Made by a program: the position numbers and the translations under genes. Below the pieces are notes generated by a model. That model worked only from the letters and a program-made list of their open reading frames with translations. It was not told the origin of the DNA and did no database searches. From Candidatus Thorarchaeota archaeon (GTDB lineage: Archaea; Asgardarchaeota; Thorarchaeia; Thorarchaeales; Thorarchaeaceae): a stretch of 64,000 bases of DNA. This document shows positions 1-9,283 of the stretch, in pieces. The first letter of the stretch is position 1; each line of letters opens with the position of its first letter. The stretch lies in contig JBHLRS010000002.1 in the NCBI GenBank assembly GCA_048882325.1, positions 64,001 to 128,000 on the forward strand. The letters are read 5' to 3'.

Positions 1-118
1 TTCAGAATCGAAAGAGCTCCACATGATTGAAGATGCTGAACATGTAATCACCTGTCACCCAACTCGCGCCGTGGCGTATCCTCTCATTCAAAGTTTTACA
101 GAGAAGATTATTGACTGA
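1..118 (+). CDS. 3' end of a gene truncated by the window edge, probably an alpha/beta-hydrolase (esterase)
   Basis: Frame 2 reads SESKELHMIEDAEHVITCHPTRAVAYPLIQSFTEKIID-stop (TGA 116-118). The K-L-x6-H-x-I-T pattern resembles the catalytic-His region of alpha/beta hydrolases. Confidence 0.5.
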   Translation, partial: SESKELHMIEDAEHVITCHPTRAVAYPLIQSFTEKIID

Positions 119-821
119 ACCTCTTTTGATTTAGAATGGCTAAAGCTCTGTCGGGATAATCAGTGATTAATCCATCAACACCAATTGAGAGAAGCTTTTT
201 CATGAGTGAGCTGTCATTTATTGTCCATGGATAAATCAAGAGACCAGCGTTGTGAGATTCCCTAACAAGATTTTCAGAGATTAGATCAAAGTGAGGATTT
301 ATTGCATTGGCTTTGAAATCCAAAGAGTAGTTCACAAGGTCCGGTTTAGGTTTGCTAACCAGGATGGCAGTTATTACTGCATCGCTGAGGTCTCTAGTAG
401 TTGCTAATGCACCATGGAAGAATGAGGAAATTATCACATTTGGAAGCATATTGTTATGTTCAATGATATCCAAAACCTTCTGTTCTACTCCTATCACCTT
501 TAGTTCTATATTGACACGAATTTTACCAAAAGCATATTTCAGAACATTATCAAGCAAGGGTATGATTTCACCCTGGCCAGCATTTAGCTTGAGTAGGTCT
601 TTGTATTTGAAGGAGTGAATCTCACCGCTACCATCTGTTGTTCGGTCCAGTGTCGAATCATGAATGCAGACCAACTCACCATCGAAGGTTTCATGAACAT
701 CAAGCTCAATCATATGAGCACCTAGCTCAACTGCATGTCTGAATGAACGGAGTGTGTTTTCTGGGAGCAATCCAGATGCACCACGGTGTGCAATGACAAT
801 CTGCGCGTTAATCATTTCCAC
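108..821 (-). CDS. Glycerophosphodiester phosphodiesterase (GDPD family)
   Basis: IAHRGAS...PENTL, IELDV...HD, NIELK, WTIND, GVDGLITDYP motifs. Confidence 0.93.
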   Translation of the reverse strand: MEMINAQIVIAHRGASGLLPENTLRSFRHAVELGAHMIELDVHETFDGELVCIHDSTLDRTTDGSGEIHSFKYKDLLKLNAGQGEIIPLLDNVLKYAFGKIRVNIELKVIGVEQKVLDIIEHNNMLPNVIISSFFHGALATTRDLSDAVITAILVSKPKPDLVNYSLDFKANAINPHFDLISENLVRESHNAGLLIYPWTINDSSLMKKLLSIGVDGLITDYPDRALAILNQKRFSQ

Positions 822-851
822 ACTCCTTCGGTCTAGACTATTACTCTCAAA

Positions 852-1154
852 TTACGCAGTGTCATCTGGTCGTGCAAGCCCTGTTCCACCACAGCGTGGA
901 CAGGTGCTCATCTCATCTCCACTCTTAATCTTCCCGGTTCCTTTACAGTAATAGCAGTCGTCGCTAGGGATATCTAGAGAACTTTCAGCTTCACGGGCAA
1001 AAGCGGCGCCAACCCCAATCAAGACAACTGAGAAAAACATCAGGAATAATGAAACAATGTAGAGGTTGGGTATCGGAAGAACAAGAAGCAATGTGCCAAG
1101 GAACAAAACGATTCCAAAGATTGCAAGTAGAAGACCTGTTGTTTTTCGATCCAT
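852..1154 (-). CDS. Small membrane protein (2 TM) with a C-terminal DnaJ-type zinc finger
   Basis: Two hydrophobic helices followed by CYYCKGTG and CPRCGGTG (two CxxCxGxG repeats). Confidence 0.75.
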   Translation of the reverse strand: MDRKTTGLLLAIFGIVLFLGTLLLVLPIPNLYIVSLFLMFFSVVLIGVGAAFAREAESSLDIPSDDCYYCKGTGKIKSGDEMSTCPRCGGTGLARPDDTA

Positions 1155-1479
1155 TGTTAATACCCATCCCTATGGACTAACCGATTGCCCTACTCACCTG
1201 CTTAATAATTTGTGGATGCTGTTAGAGAATGTATATTGGAAATATGACTAGCAGAAGCAGAGGATTGTTGGTGGTGAACCAAAAATCCCTCAAATCTTAG
1301 CTCTTGTTGTTGTAATCGAATTTCCAGATTTCTGATAGTCTACTATCAATTAGTGGTAGCAATTTGCCGCTATAAGTATATTCGAATTGTCACAGTACAG
1401 TGCAGAACATTCGAAGTAAATCACCCGAAATGATAATAGAGTGAGATGAAGGTAGTATAGAACTGCGGGAGACAGGAAG

Positions 1480-2397
1480 ATGTCAAGAACAGACCTCTTT
1501 GCAAAGTACACTCAGATTTATGCAAAAGCTCAGGCTAAAGAGATAGTACCTGATGGAACCTTCGTCAGACAGTTGGTAGACCTACCAAGACGAAACTATG
1601 ATGTTGGAATTTTCTTCAAGGCAAAGCGAGTAGGTAGAATTGTTCAGATGTATCTCGGAAATCCAATTCCATCCGAAGTAGCAACTCAGGAGGGATTCCT
1701 TGAAACTGAGGATTCAAACTACCTGAGCCGAACTATTCTCTCTAAATTTAAGACAGTTGATTTTCTGAGGGTAGTGATCTCTGCGAAAGAAGTGTTGACT
1801 GAGAAAGACAAACGAATTGAATTCCTAAAAACCTCTCAACGAATTATCGATGTAGCACTTAGGAAAGCTCGTAACATCTTGCATGTAGGAGAGCTGGAAC
1901 CATTTCGGTTTGATACCAAAGTCCGAACTTTGGATGAGTTTCTTGTCAGAGAATTAAAAATGGATGATGTTTCAGTGGAGGCTGCATCAATTCCCTTCAA
2001 TGTTGCAGGACCTCAATATATCCTTCTTGCCGATGGTTCGATGATTGTAATTGGAGATGAACCACAAGTCCCTCAAGCAGAGTTCTATCTAGTTGGTGGG
2101 ATTGGATACAGATTTGACAAGACTGAAGGAGCTATCAGTGAGGAACGACTTTTTAGAACTACTGCAGATTTGTCGCCTCACGGTATCGATGAAGCGTACA
2201 TCGATGGTATGATACAAAGGGTGACAGAAGACTTCCAAAACAAGCTTCATTCTTTGATTTTTGCAGATGTTTGGAAGAAAGGTAAATCTGGACCTATTGG
2301 TGTCAATTTTGGCGGTGACCTTCTCATAAAGGCTGAACAGAGTAGTGAGATATGGGAAGGAGTCTTTGAAGTCTATGTAAAACCACCTAAAGCATGA
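1480..2397 (+). CDS. Hypothetical soluble protein (305 aa)
   Basis: Long ORF with GGAG/AGGA upstream and normal composition; no motif recognised. Confidence 0.7.
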   Translation: MSRTDLFAKYTQIYAKAQAKEIVPDGTFVRQLVDLPRRNYDVGIFFKAKRVGRIVQMYLGNPIPSEVATQEGFLETEDSNYLSRTILSKFKTVDFLRVVISAKEVLTEKDKRIEFLKTSQRIIDVALRKARNILHVGELEPFRFDTKVRTLDEFLVRELKMDDVSVEAASIPFNVAGPQYILLADGSMIVIGDEPQVPQAEFYLVGGIGYRFDKTEGAISEERLFRTTADLSPHGIDEAYIDGMIQRVTEDFQNKLHSLIFADVWKKGKSGPIGVNFGGDLLIKAEQSSEIWEGVFEVYVKPPKA

Positions 2398-3973
2398 TGA
2401 GATCAAAAGCATCAATAGCAATGAACACTGCACGAAAAGCATAGATCCTGAAGGTGTACGTGGAAATTCCACTTTCAACTTCATCAAGCGCTACACGAAA
2501 AGCTGTAATGGAGCTATTTCCGTAGGAGGTTAGAAGAGAAGGAAGGGAATCTAGCGTCACCTTTTGGATACCGTTTCCAGCCGCGAGAGCTATGTCGTTC
2601 ATCAGAACATCAATGTCCTGATAAACACTGTCCCTCCTTCCAAGCACATCAGTCGAGTTACCTATTTCTCCAAGTCGTAAACTCCATGATGTTTCTAGTT
2701 TCGAAATGGAGCTGGAGTAAGAGTGCACTAAATATTCACCAACATCTCCACGCATCTCAAAGGAAAAACGAGAACGACTACAGGAAACAGATACATTTTC
2801 CCAATCTCGTAGTGAGGCTGTAGTCACTCCGCATAGCTTCATTGCATTTGCATCACCATCAAGCAGGTCATCAATAACAAATGATTCGACCAATAATCCA
2901 GATGGAATCCCTGTAGCTAGTACCTCAGAATACAGTGTAGCTGAGGCATTCTCAATTCGACCAGCATCGACTGAATAGATCGAAGACCGCATTAAACTTC
3001 CAAATCCGATAAGGTCAAGGTTTCTTGTTTTCCGCATTAGCTCTTGCCATTCCGGTCCTGAAAGTGTCATGTCGAAAAGGATAGAGTCCGGTAGATTGGT
3101 TATGTTAACTAGGTCAACATCGAAGAGATGATTCAATCCGAAACTATGACTCGCATAGATGTCCTCAATCAGTTGAGTTGTGGCTAATGTGTTAAGATGT
3201 TCAGATGCCAATAAATCACGATTGGCACTAATTGTGATAGAATAGGAAATTGCTGTATTGTTTAGCTCTATAGCCCAAGCTCGAAGTCTAGACAACGAAA
3301 GAGCATCAGATGAACGGACACGGAAGTCGAGGGAGAATTCATTTGATTCGATTTCGGTCAGAAGTTGATTTGAAGGTACGATTCCTTGATAGGGAAAGTC
3401 AAAATCAGATAGTGGAACACTTAGTTGGATGTGAGGTATATTGTGTACTTCCGTGTTTGCTATCGGAGTCTGGCCCATGAGAACAGTTGAGAGTGGGAAA
3501 GCAAGACCAAGGAGATTCACGAAGATAAAGTATGCAATCACCTTCTTTCCAGCTTCTCTAAGTTTTCCTCTCGGTCGAAAACGCCCCATAATGAATAGAG
3601 AAACAACTGCGATGACATTGAATAGCAAGCAGATAATGAAACCTCTAACAAGCAGAGAAAGCATGCCAAAAAAGACTGTACAAATCACCAAAAATACAAA
3701 ATTCCATGCAGCAGTTCGACCAAGATAATAAGCTCTGATCATGATAGGTAGAATGATCATCATAGGTAGAATATACAGCGCGATTGGGAGGGAGTCGATA
3801 AACCCAACACCACTGAAGGTCATTCTGAGTGTGACGGATATTAGTGCATACAGAATTAGGATCATGTTAGCAGTCAGTACTAGTGTGATATATCGATGAA
3901 GGAATAAGTCATACTTCGGAATTGAATTGACTCGTCGTCGAACTTTTCTGCGAGCTTCAAGCAGCTGACTCAT
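2387..3973 (-). CDS. Hypothetical membrane protein (about 5 N-terminal TM segments plus a large soluble domain)
   Basis: 528-aa ORF with GAGGGAG upstream and a hydrophobic N-terminal third. Confidence 0.7.
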   Translation of the reverse strand: MSQLLEARRKVRRRVNSIPKYDLFLHRYITLVLTANMILILYALISVTLRMTFSGVGFIDSLPIALYILPMMIILPIMIRAYYLGRTAAWNFVFLVICTVFFGMLSLLVRGFIICLLFNVIAVVSLFIMGRFRPRGKLREAGKKVIAYFIFVNLLGLAFPLSTVLMGQTPIANTEVHNIPHIQLSVPLSDFDFPYQGIVPSNQLLTEIESNEFSLDFRVRSSDALSLSRLRAWAIELNNTAISYSITISANRDLLASEHLNTLATTQLIEDIYASHSFGLNHLFDVDLVNITNLPDSILFDMTLSGPEWQELMRKTRNLDLIGFGSLMRSSIYSVDAGRIENASATLYSEVLATGIPSGLLVESFVIDDLLDGDANAMKLCGVTTASLRDWENVSVSCSRSRFSFEMRGDVGEYLVHSYSSSISKLETSWSLRLGEIGNSTDVLGRRDSVYQDIDVLMNDIALAAGNGIQKVTLDSLPSLLTSYGNSSITAFRVALDEVESGISTYTFRIYAFRAVFIAIDAFDLIML

Positions 3974-4073
3974 TAGACTCCCTCTGATTTCAAACTATAG
4001 GGTAGATAAGGTTGATGTGCTCAACCTTTAAGATGCTGTGGTATTGGCTTCAAGATGTGAGTGATCGTCAAGC

Positions 4074-5270
4074 ATGTATGATGTTGTAGTTATTGGAGCA
4101 GGACCAGGAGGTGCAACAGCAGCTCGTGCTTTGGCCAAGAATGGACTGGAAGTGTGTTTGATTGACAAAGACAGATTCCCCAGAGACAAACCGTGCGGCG
4201 GTGGCTTTTCACAAGGTATAATCGATGAGTTTTCGTATCTAAAACCACGAACAGATGAGTTTTTGAAGGGAGTGGCTCGAGTGGGGGTACTTCACTCTCC
4301 GAACAGACGGATAGTCCTTGAGGGAAGGGTGGATATGGCAGTCACCCTCCGGATAGACTTTGATAACGTCCTCTTTGAAGAAGCGGTTTCTGCAGGGGCA
4401 ATACCATTGACAGAAACACGGGCTAAGATGATACACATCAAAGATGATTGTGTTACTATTGATTTGGCAGGCGGAGAACATATCCGAGGAAAGATGATCG
4501 TAGGAGCGGACGGAGTCACTAGCATGGTTGCAAGAGAAACAGACCTGAATAGGAGTTGGCCAAAATCGAGTATTACTGCTTGCAGGGTATGCGAAGTTCC
4601 AGCTTCAACCAGTGATATTCTCGACCGATACACGAAAGATCTCAAGTATCATTTCTTTGCGAATCTCGGTGGACAACCTGGTTATGCGTGGTTGTTCCCG
4701 AAAACGGAAACCATCAATGTTGGTCTAGGATTAGTAAGTACCCATGCTAAAGGATTACCGCGATTGTTTGATGCTTTTGTGAAATATCTCAAGCGGAGGG
4801 ATCTTCTCCCAGACTCTTCGGACCTGACATCTGCAAAAGGAGCCTTAGTACCAACTGGAGGGCCAATAGATCAAACTGTAACAGACCGATGCATTCTCCT
4901 TGGTGATTCCGCAGGTCATGTGAGTCCGCTTACTGGTGGTGGAATTGTCTACGCAATGCGTGCAGCCCGGAGCGCGTCTCAGGTGATAACATCTGCAATC
5001 GAAAACGAAACCCTTGATGCAGGTAGTCTTGGAAAATATCAAGAGCTTTGGCAATCAGAGTTTGGAAAGGATTTTAGGAACCAACTCTTGGCTCAGAGAG
5101 TCTTCACAAGCCCATTCACCGACTTGCTGTTTCACATAGGTAGCAAGGATGAGAAGATTCAGGCGATGGTTTCAGAGTCTATGTCAGAAACGTCTGAGGG
5201 TGAGATAGATGTATTGAAACTCGCTCTTCGAACCCTCAAGGTTTGTTTGCGTGAGGTGTTCAGTCCGTAG
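4074..5270 (+). CDS. Geranylgeranyl reductase family FAD-dependent oxidoreductase
   Basis: DVVVIGAGPGG Rossmann motif, FPRDKPCGGG, VGADG, GYAWLFP, GDSAGHVSPLTGGGI. Confidence 0.92.
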   Translation: MYDVVVIGAGPGGATAARALAKNGLEVCLIDKDRFPRDKPCGGGFSQGIIDEFSYLKPRTDEFLKGVARVGVLHSPNRRIVLEGRVDMAVTLRIDFDNVLFEEAVSAGAIPLTETRAKMIHIKDDCVTIDLAGGEHIRGKMIVGADGVTSMVARETDLNRSWPKSSITACRVCEVPASTSDILDRYTKDLKYHFFANLGGQPGYAWLFPKTETINVGLGLVSTHAKGLPRLFDAFVKYLKRRDLLPDSSDLTSAKGALVPTGGPIDQTVTDRCILLGDSAGHVSPLTGGGIVYAMRAARSASQVITSAIENETLDAGSLGKYQELWQSEFGKDFRNQLLAQRVFTSPFTDLLFHIGSKDEKIQAMVSESMSETSEGEIDVLKLALRTLKVCLREVFSP

Positions 5271-5820
5271 GGTGAAGAATATCTGTCTGTAGGTTCTCAA
5301 TCAGTGAGTGTATCTCCGGTCGTCCCAGAAGCTTCCTGCGAGTTTCACTCATATTGTTTATCACACACGCAATTCCAATGACCTGTGCACCTATTTTTTC
5401 AACTACCTTTGATACAGCAAGTACTGTAGTGCCTTGAATCAACCAATCGTCAACTATTGCTACTCGGTCGCCCGGATCTAATGACTCAGAAACAAGAGCA
5501 AGTCGTTTATCGGCAAATTTGCTTGATGGTAGATATTCAACCGGGCGCTCATAATCATCAGGTAAGTAAGCAATCGAACGGGCTGGTACAATCCCACATC
5601 CAAGATAGTACGCTATTGCACTACCTAGTGCGAGTCCTCTTTGTTCGATTCCAATGACCTTGTTTGGTCGGACCTCCACAAGTGGCTTTGCAAGAGTTAC
5701 TACTGCCTCATGAAAGATATGAGGGTGCTCGAGAAGTCTGCTGATGTCACAGACTGCTTGTCCGGGTTGTGGCCAATCTTTGATTACATCAACGTATTCA
5801 GAGAAATCTACATCCACCAT
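5260..5820 (-). CDS. Adenine phosphoribosyltransferase-like type I PRTase
   Basis: DWPQPG...DIS, GIEQRG and PRPP-binding loop VAIVDDWLIQGTT. Confidence 0.8.
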   Translation of the reverse strand: MVDVDFSEYVDVIKDWPQPGQAVCDISRLLEHPHIFHEAVVTLAKPLVEVRPNKVIGIEQRGLALGSAIAYYLGCGIVPARSIAYLPDDYERPVEYLPSSKFADKRLALVSESLDPGDRVAIVDDWLIQGTTVLAVSKVVEKIGAQVIGIACVINNMSETRRKLLGRPEIHSLIENLQTDILHPTD

Positions 5821-5979
5821 CTTTTCAACCTGAGGTCAGCTAGCTACTAACAAGATTTTATTCTTTCTGTATTGCTTATTGTTCTGTATCTTGATGACAA
5901 TACGGATAGTCGCACACGAAACAGTTAAGATACAACAAAAGGCAAGGGTCAATACTCAGCTAGGAGGCGCTGAGCAGTT

Positions 5980-7266
5980 ATGATAATACCTGGTACAACA
6001 ATCTCACTCACCCTAACACCAACCTATGTTGAGGTTCGAGACAAAGGGATGATCAAGAAGAAGATACCTCTGAAGGGGAGATCCTTTGATGATGTTGCAT
6101 TGGAGTTGACAAAATACGTTCGTTATCTCGGAAAGAGGTTGGCCCCGGGTGTTCTAGAGGAAGTATTAGAGCGCATTGGTTTACCAAAAGCAAGGAGAGT
6201 CTTGAAAGAAGAAGAATTAGAACCTTTAAAACCGGAACCTGAACCAGTCCACATTGAAGAGGCAATAGAGGAACCAGTTCCTGAAGTAAAACCCAAGAAA
6301 AAGAAAGGCGTCATTCGGAAAAAGACAGAGGAAAAAGAACAAGCTGCTACCTTTGTTGAAAGCCCCGGAGTGAGTGCGGACGAAAAAGGAGCAATTAGTG
6401 TTGATGATTTTGACGACATATCTGATGCACTTCAAGCTGTTGAAGCTCTCAGTGACTCTTTCATGACAGGTGCGCCAAAGGAGAAACCTATTGAAAAGAA
6501 ACCAGAAATAAGTATCAATCTTGCTGGAAGTGAGGAGATAGTAGCATCAGGCAGATCGTACGCTCGAATTGGAGAAGCAACAATACCTGAAGAAGAGGAG
6601 GCTGAGCCAGAAGAAATTGAGCTCGTTGCAGAAACAGTCGAGGAAGATGTAGAACCAGAGGCTGAGCCAGAACCACAGGTGACTCCTACCCACCAAATCA
6701 AGCCTATTGTTGAATGCAAAGCATTACTACTTGGTGAAGATGGAGTAGGTAAAGAAAGTCTAAAGGCAAAAGCAAGTGTTGTACCTCATACCAATGAAGA
6801 TGAATCAGTTTCCGAACATATTTTCAGTCGAATCTTCGAGGGTGTGAATCATCGGATTGACTTGAGAGTTTGGTCCTTTGACTTAGCTGTGAAAGCAAAG
6901 GTTCAGCGTAAGGATTTCTATCGAGACTCTCAAGTTCTTGTAATAGTATATTCAGCATCGGATAGATGGAGCTTTGAGAGTATAGATTTCTGGTTGCGAG
7001 AGGCTACTTTGTCAACCGAAGAGATGCCACCAATAGTGATAGTAGCAAATAAGATAGATCTTCGGACAGAAGCAGGTGAAGATTCCGGTGATGAACCTGT
7101 AACTCATGATGAAGGATTCAAGTTTGCTGAAGAGCTAGCTCAGAAATACGGGAAGGATGACGGGTCACTCCATCCAGTGGCATTCATTGAAACTTCAGCA
7201 TTAACTGGTGAGCGTGTCGAAGAGGTATTCACAACTGCAGCTCAACTATTCGAAAATTCGATATGA
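5980..7266 (+). CDS. Protein with an N-terminal domain, acidic low-complexity linker and C-terminal Rab/Ras-like small-GTPase domain (degenerate G1/G2/G3)
   Basis: LLLGEDGVGKES (G1), LRVWSFD (G3 position), FYRDSQVLVIVYS...SFESI, IVANKIDL (G4), FIETSA (G5). Confidence 0.85.
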   Translation: MIIPGTTISLTLTPTYVEVRDKGMIKKKIPLKGRSFDDVALELTKYVRYLGKRLAPGVLEEVLERIGLPKARRVLKEEELEPLKPEPEPVHIEEAIEEPVPEVKPKKKKGVIRKKTEEKEQAATFVESPGVSADEKGAISVDDFDDISDALQAVEALSDSFMTGAPKEKPIEKKPEISINLAGSEEIVASGRSYARIGEATIPEEEEAEPEEIELVAETVEEDVEPEAEPEPQVTPTHQIKPIVECKALLLGEDGVGKESLKAKASVVPHTNEDESVSEHIFSRIFEGVNHRIDLRVWSFDLAVKAKVQRKDFYRDSQVLVIVYSASDRWSFESIDFWLREATLSTEEMPPIVIVANKIDLRTEAGEDSGDEPVTHDEGFKFAEELAQKYGKDDGSLHPVAFIETSALTGERVEEVFTTAAQLFENSI

Positions 7267-7383
7267 CATGGGTTTACTTAAGTGGAGAAACTTTATTGAC
7301 ATGACTCAGAGAATTCATATAGTGGTCAGCCAACCCGTACGTGAGACATACTTCGAACAAAGAAGCCCTGTATCTATAATGTG

Positions 7384-7698
7384 ATGAATATGTCAGTAGA
7401 TTACTGTGAAAGCTGCGGCAAAGAAATCGATTCTATTCAACCAGCTAAGAATCTTGAAGAGAACTTTGCCAATGATACAAGAAAGAACCTCAGTATCTGC
7501 TCCGACTGTTTCAAAAAGAGGTTCAAGATAACATCCAAGAAGAGAAGTGGCTATGGAGGGACTATCTATGAGCTCGAAGAGAAACCCCCTCCCCGTTTTG
7601 GTCTTGGAAGCACATCCTTTAGTTGTCTGAAATGCAATTGGGTAGCCTGGAATGAATTAGGCTTAGAAGTACACATGAGAAATAAGCATGCTGACTAA
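7384..7698 (+). CDS. Small zinc-finger protein (CxxC...CxxC plus a C2H2 finger)
   Basis: CESC, CSDC and CLKC-x12-H-x4-H. Exact start codon uncertain. Confidence 0.75.
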   Translation: MNMSVDYCESCGKEIDSIQPAKNLEENFANDTRKNLSICSDCFKKRFKITSKKRSGYGGTIYELEEKPPPRFGLGSTSFSCLKCNWVAWNELGLEVHMRNKHAD

Positions 7699-7700
7699 TA

Positions 7701-8339
7701 TCACTGATTGATAGCGAATTGACTACTCTCTCTAATTATCTCAGAACCTGTAATTCTCAAACCTTCTACTCGACGTGCGGCACTCTCAAGCATCCCCATT
7801 CGATAGGTCGCTGTACGAGGACCAATTGCATGGAGCCACTCAAGGCTAGCTAAGTCTAGTCGTTCATTAGCTACGAAATATACCTTAAGGTCAGCTCCGA
7901 TTGCCCGAGCTCGGTCAAACATTGCTGTTGTGAGACCAAGACTTGGTGCAGCAAATCCAAGTAGTACCCAGATAAAGATGAATTGGTCAGCTCCGAAGTA
8001 CTCGTAGAAGAACACGAACCCAGTGAAGATCGGTTGAACAAGTGAGAGAATGACAAGAATAAGCGAAAGGTGTTGGGTGATGTCATCACTTCCAAGTCCT
8101 GCAATGCCAATCACGTCCTGGTCAGGTGGAAATAGGTATACCAGTACTCCGCCTGAGGTTATGCCTACTATGAGAGCTGAAAACACAATATAGAGTGGGT
8201 AACCCAGAGAATACTGAGTCCAAACAATACCGAAACTGATGAATGACTGGATGATTAGGGTCAACGCCATAATCACAGCGCCCACTATGAATCCTTGCCA
8301 ACTGAAGAACTCATATTTACGTGCCATAATTTCAGACAT
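7701..8339 (-). CDS. Hypothetical membrane protein (about 4 TM)
   Basis: Four hydrophobic segments; GAGGTG upstream. Confidence 0.7.
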   Translation of the reverse strand: MSEIMARKYEFFSWQGFIVGAVIMALTLIIQSFISFGIVWTQYSLGYPLYIVFSALIVGITSGGVLVYLFPPDQDVIGIAGLGSDDITQHLSLILVILSLVQPIFTGFVFFYEYFGADQFIFIWVLLGFAAPSLGLTTAMFDRARAIGADLKVYFVANERLDLASLEWLHAIGPRTATYRMGMLESAARRVEGLRITGSEIIRESSQFAINQ

Positions 8340-8569
8340 AGCTAGCTACACCTCTAACTATTCTATGAACAAATAATACATGTGAGGTCTTAAAGTTTCT
8401 CATGTTGTACTAAACACATTATCAAAGCCGTTAATTACTGGTTGTATGTGCGCAGTAACCTTAGTCCAGAGATGATAGTACATTCATTGGTACTTCGAAG
8501 GAGTAATTTATTAGTCTTCGAACTTAGCTCATCCGTAGCGCGGAGAAGGCTGCTTCGGAGTGGGTAGTA

Positions 8570-9268
8570 TTGAATAATGACGTAATCGTTGATCTCAATG
8601 AAGTTTCGCGAGTCTATTCAATGGGTGAAATTGAGGTCCATGCATTAAGAGGTGTTTCTCTTCAGATCAAGCGAGGTAGTGCCATAGGAATCATGGGGCC
8701 CAGTGGATCGGGAAAGACTACTCTCCTCAACTTGATTGGTGCACTTGACCGTCCGACACGAGGAAGAGTTACACTGGATGGTGTGGACATAACGGATATG
8801 GGCGAAGGCGAACTCACCAAGATTCGTAGAAACAAAATTAGCTACGTGTTCCAATTCTTTAACTTGTTACCCGTCCTTTCAGCCTATGAGAATGTAGAAC
8901 TCCCATTGCTCATTGGTGGCCTCGAAGAGGGAGCCAGAAGAGAACGGGTTGATCACCTATTGTCCTTGGTTGGTCTGACGGAGAGAGCGGATCATCGACC
9001 GGATGAATTGTCAGGTGGCGAACAACAGCGGGTCGCTATCGCAAGAGCGCTTGCAAAGCCACCTGGAACAACAAGCTCAGTTGTTGTACTCGCAGACGAA
9101 CCAACAGGGGATCTTGACTACCACACTGGCAAGGAGATTCTAGATATTCTCGTTGCTCTGACTAAAGGCGAGGGAGGAACACTGATCACTGTGACTCATG
9201 ACCCAGAGGTTGGTGAGAAGATGGATCATGTCTACAGGATGCGCGACGGACTGATAGAAAATCCGTGA
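8570..9268 (+). CDS. ABC transporter ATP-binding protein (LolD/MacB/FtsE-like)
   Basis: GPSGSGKT Walker A, VFQFFNLL, LSGGEQQRVAIARAL signature, LADEPTG, VTHD. Confidence 0.95.
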   Translation: MNNDVIVDLNEVSRVYSMGEIEVHALRGVSLQIKRGSAIGIMGPSGSGKTTLLNLIGALDRPTRGRVTLDGVDITDMGEGELTKIRRNKISYVFQFFNLLPVLSAYENVELPLLIGGLEEGARRERVDHLLSLVGLTERADHRPDELSGGEQQRVAIARALAKPPGTTSSVVVLADEPTGDLDYHTGKEILDILVALTKGEGGTLITVTHDPEVGEKMDHVYRMRDGLIENP

Positions 9269-9283
9269 GGGAGGCATTGGAAT

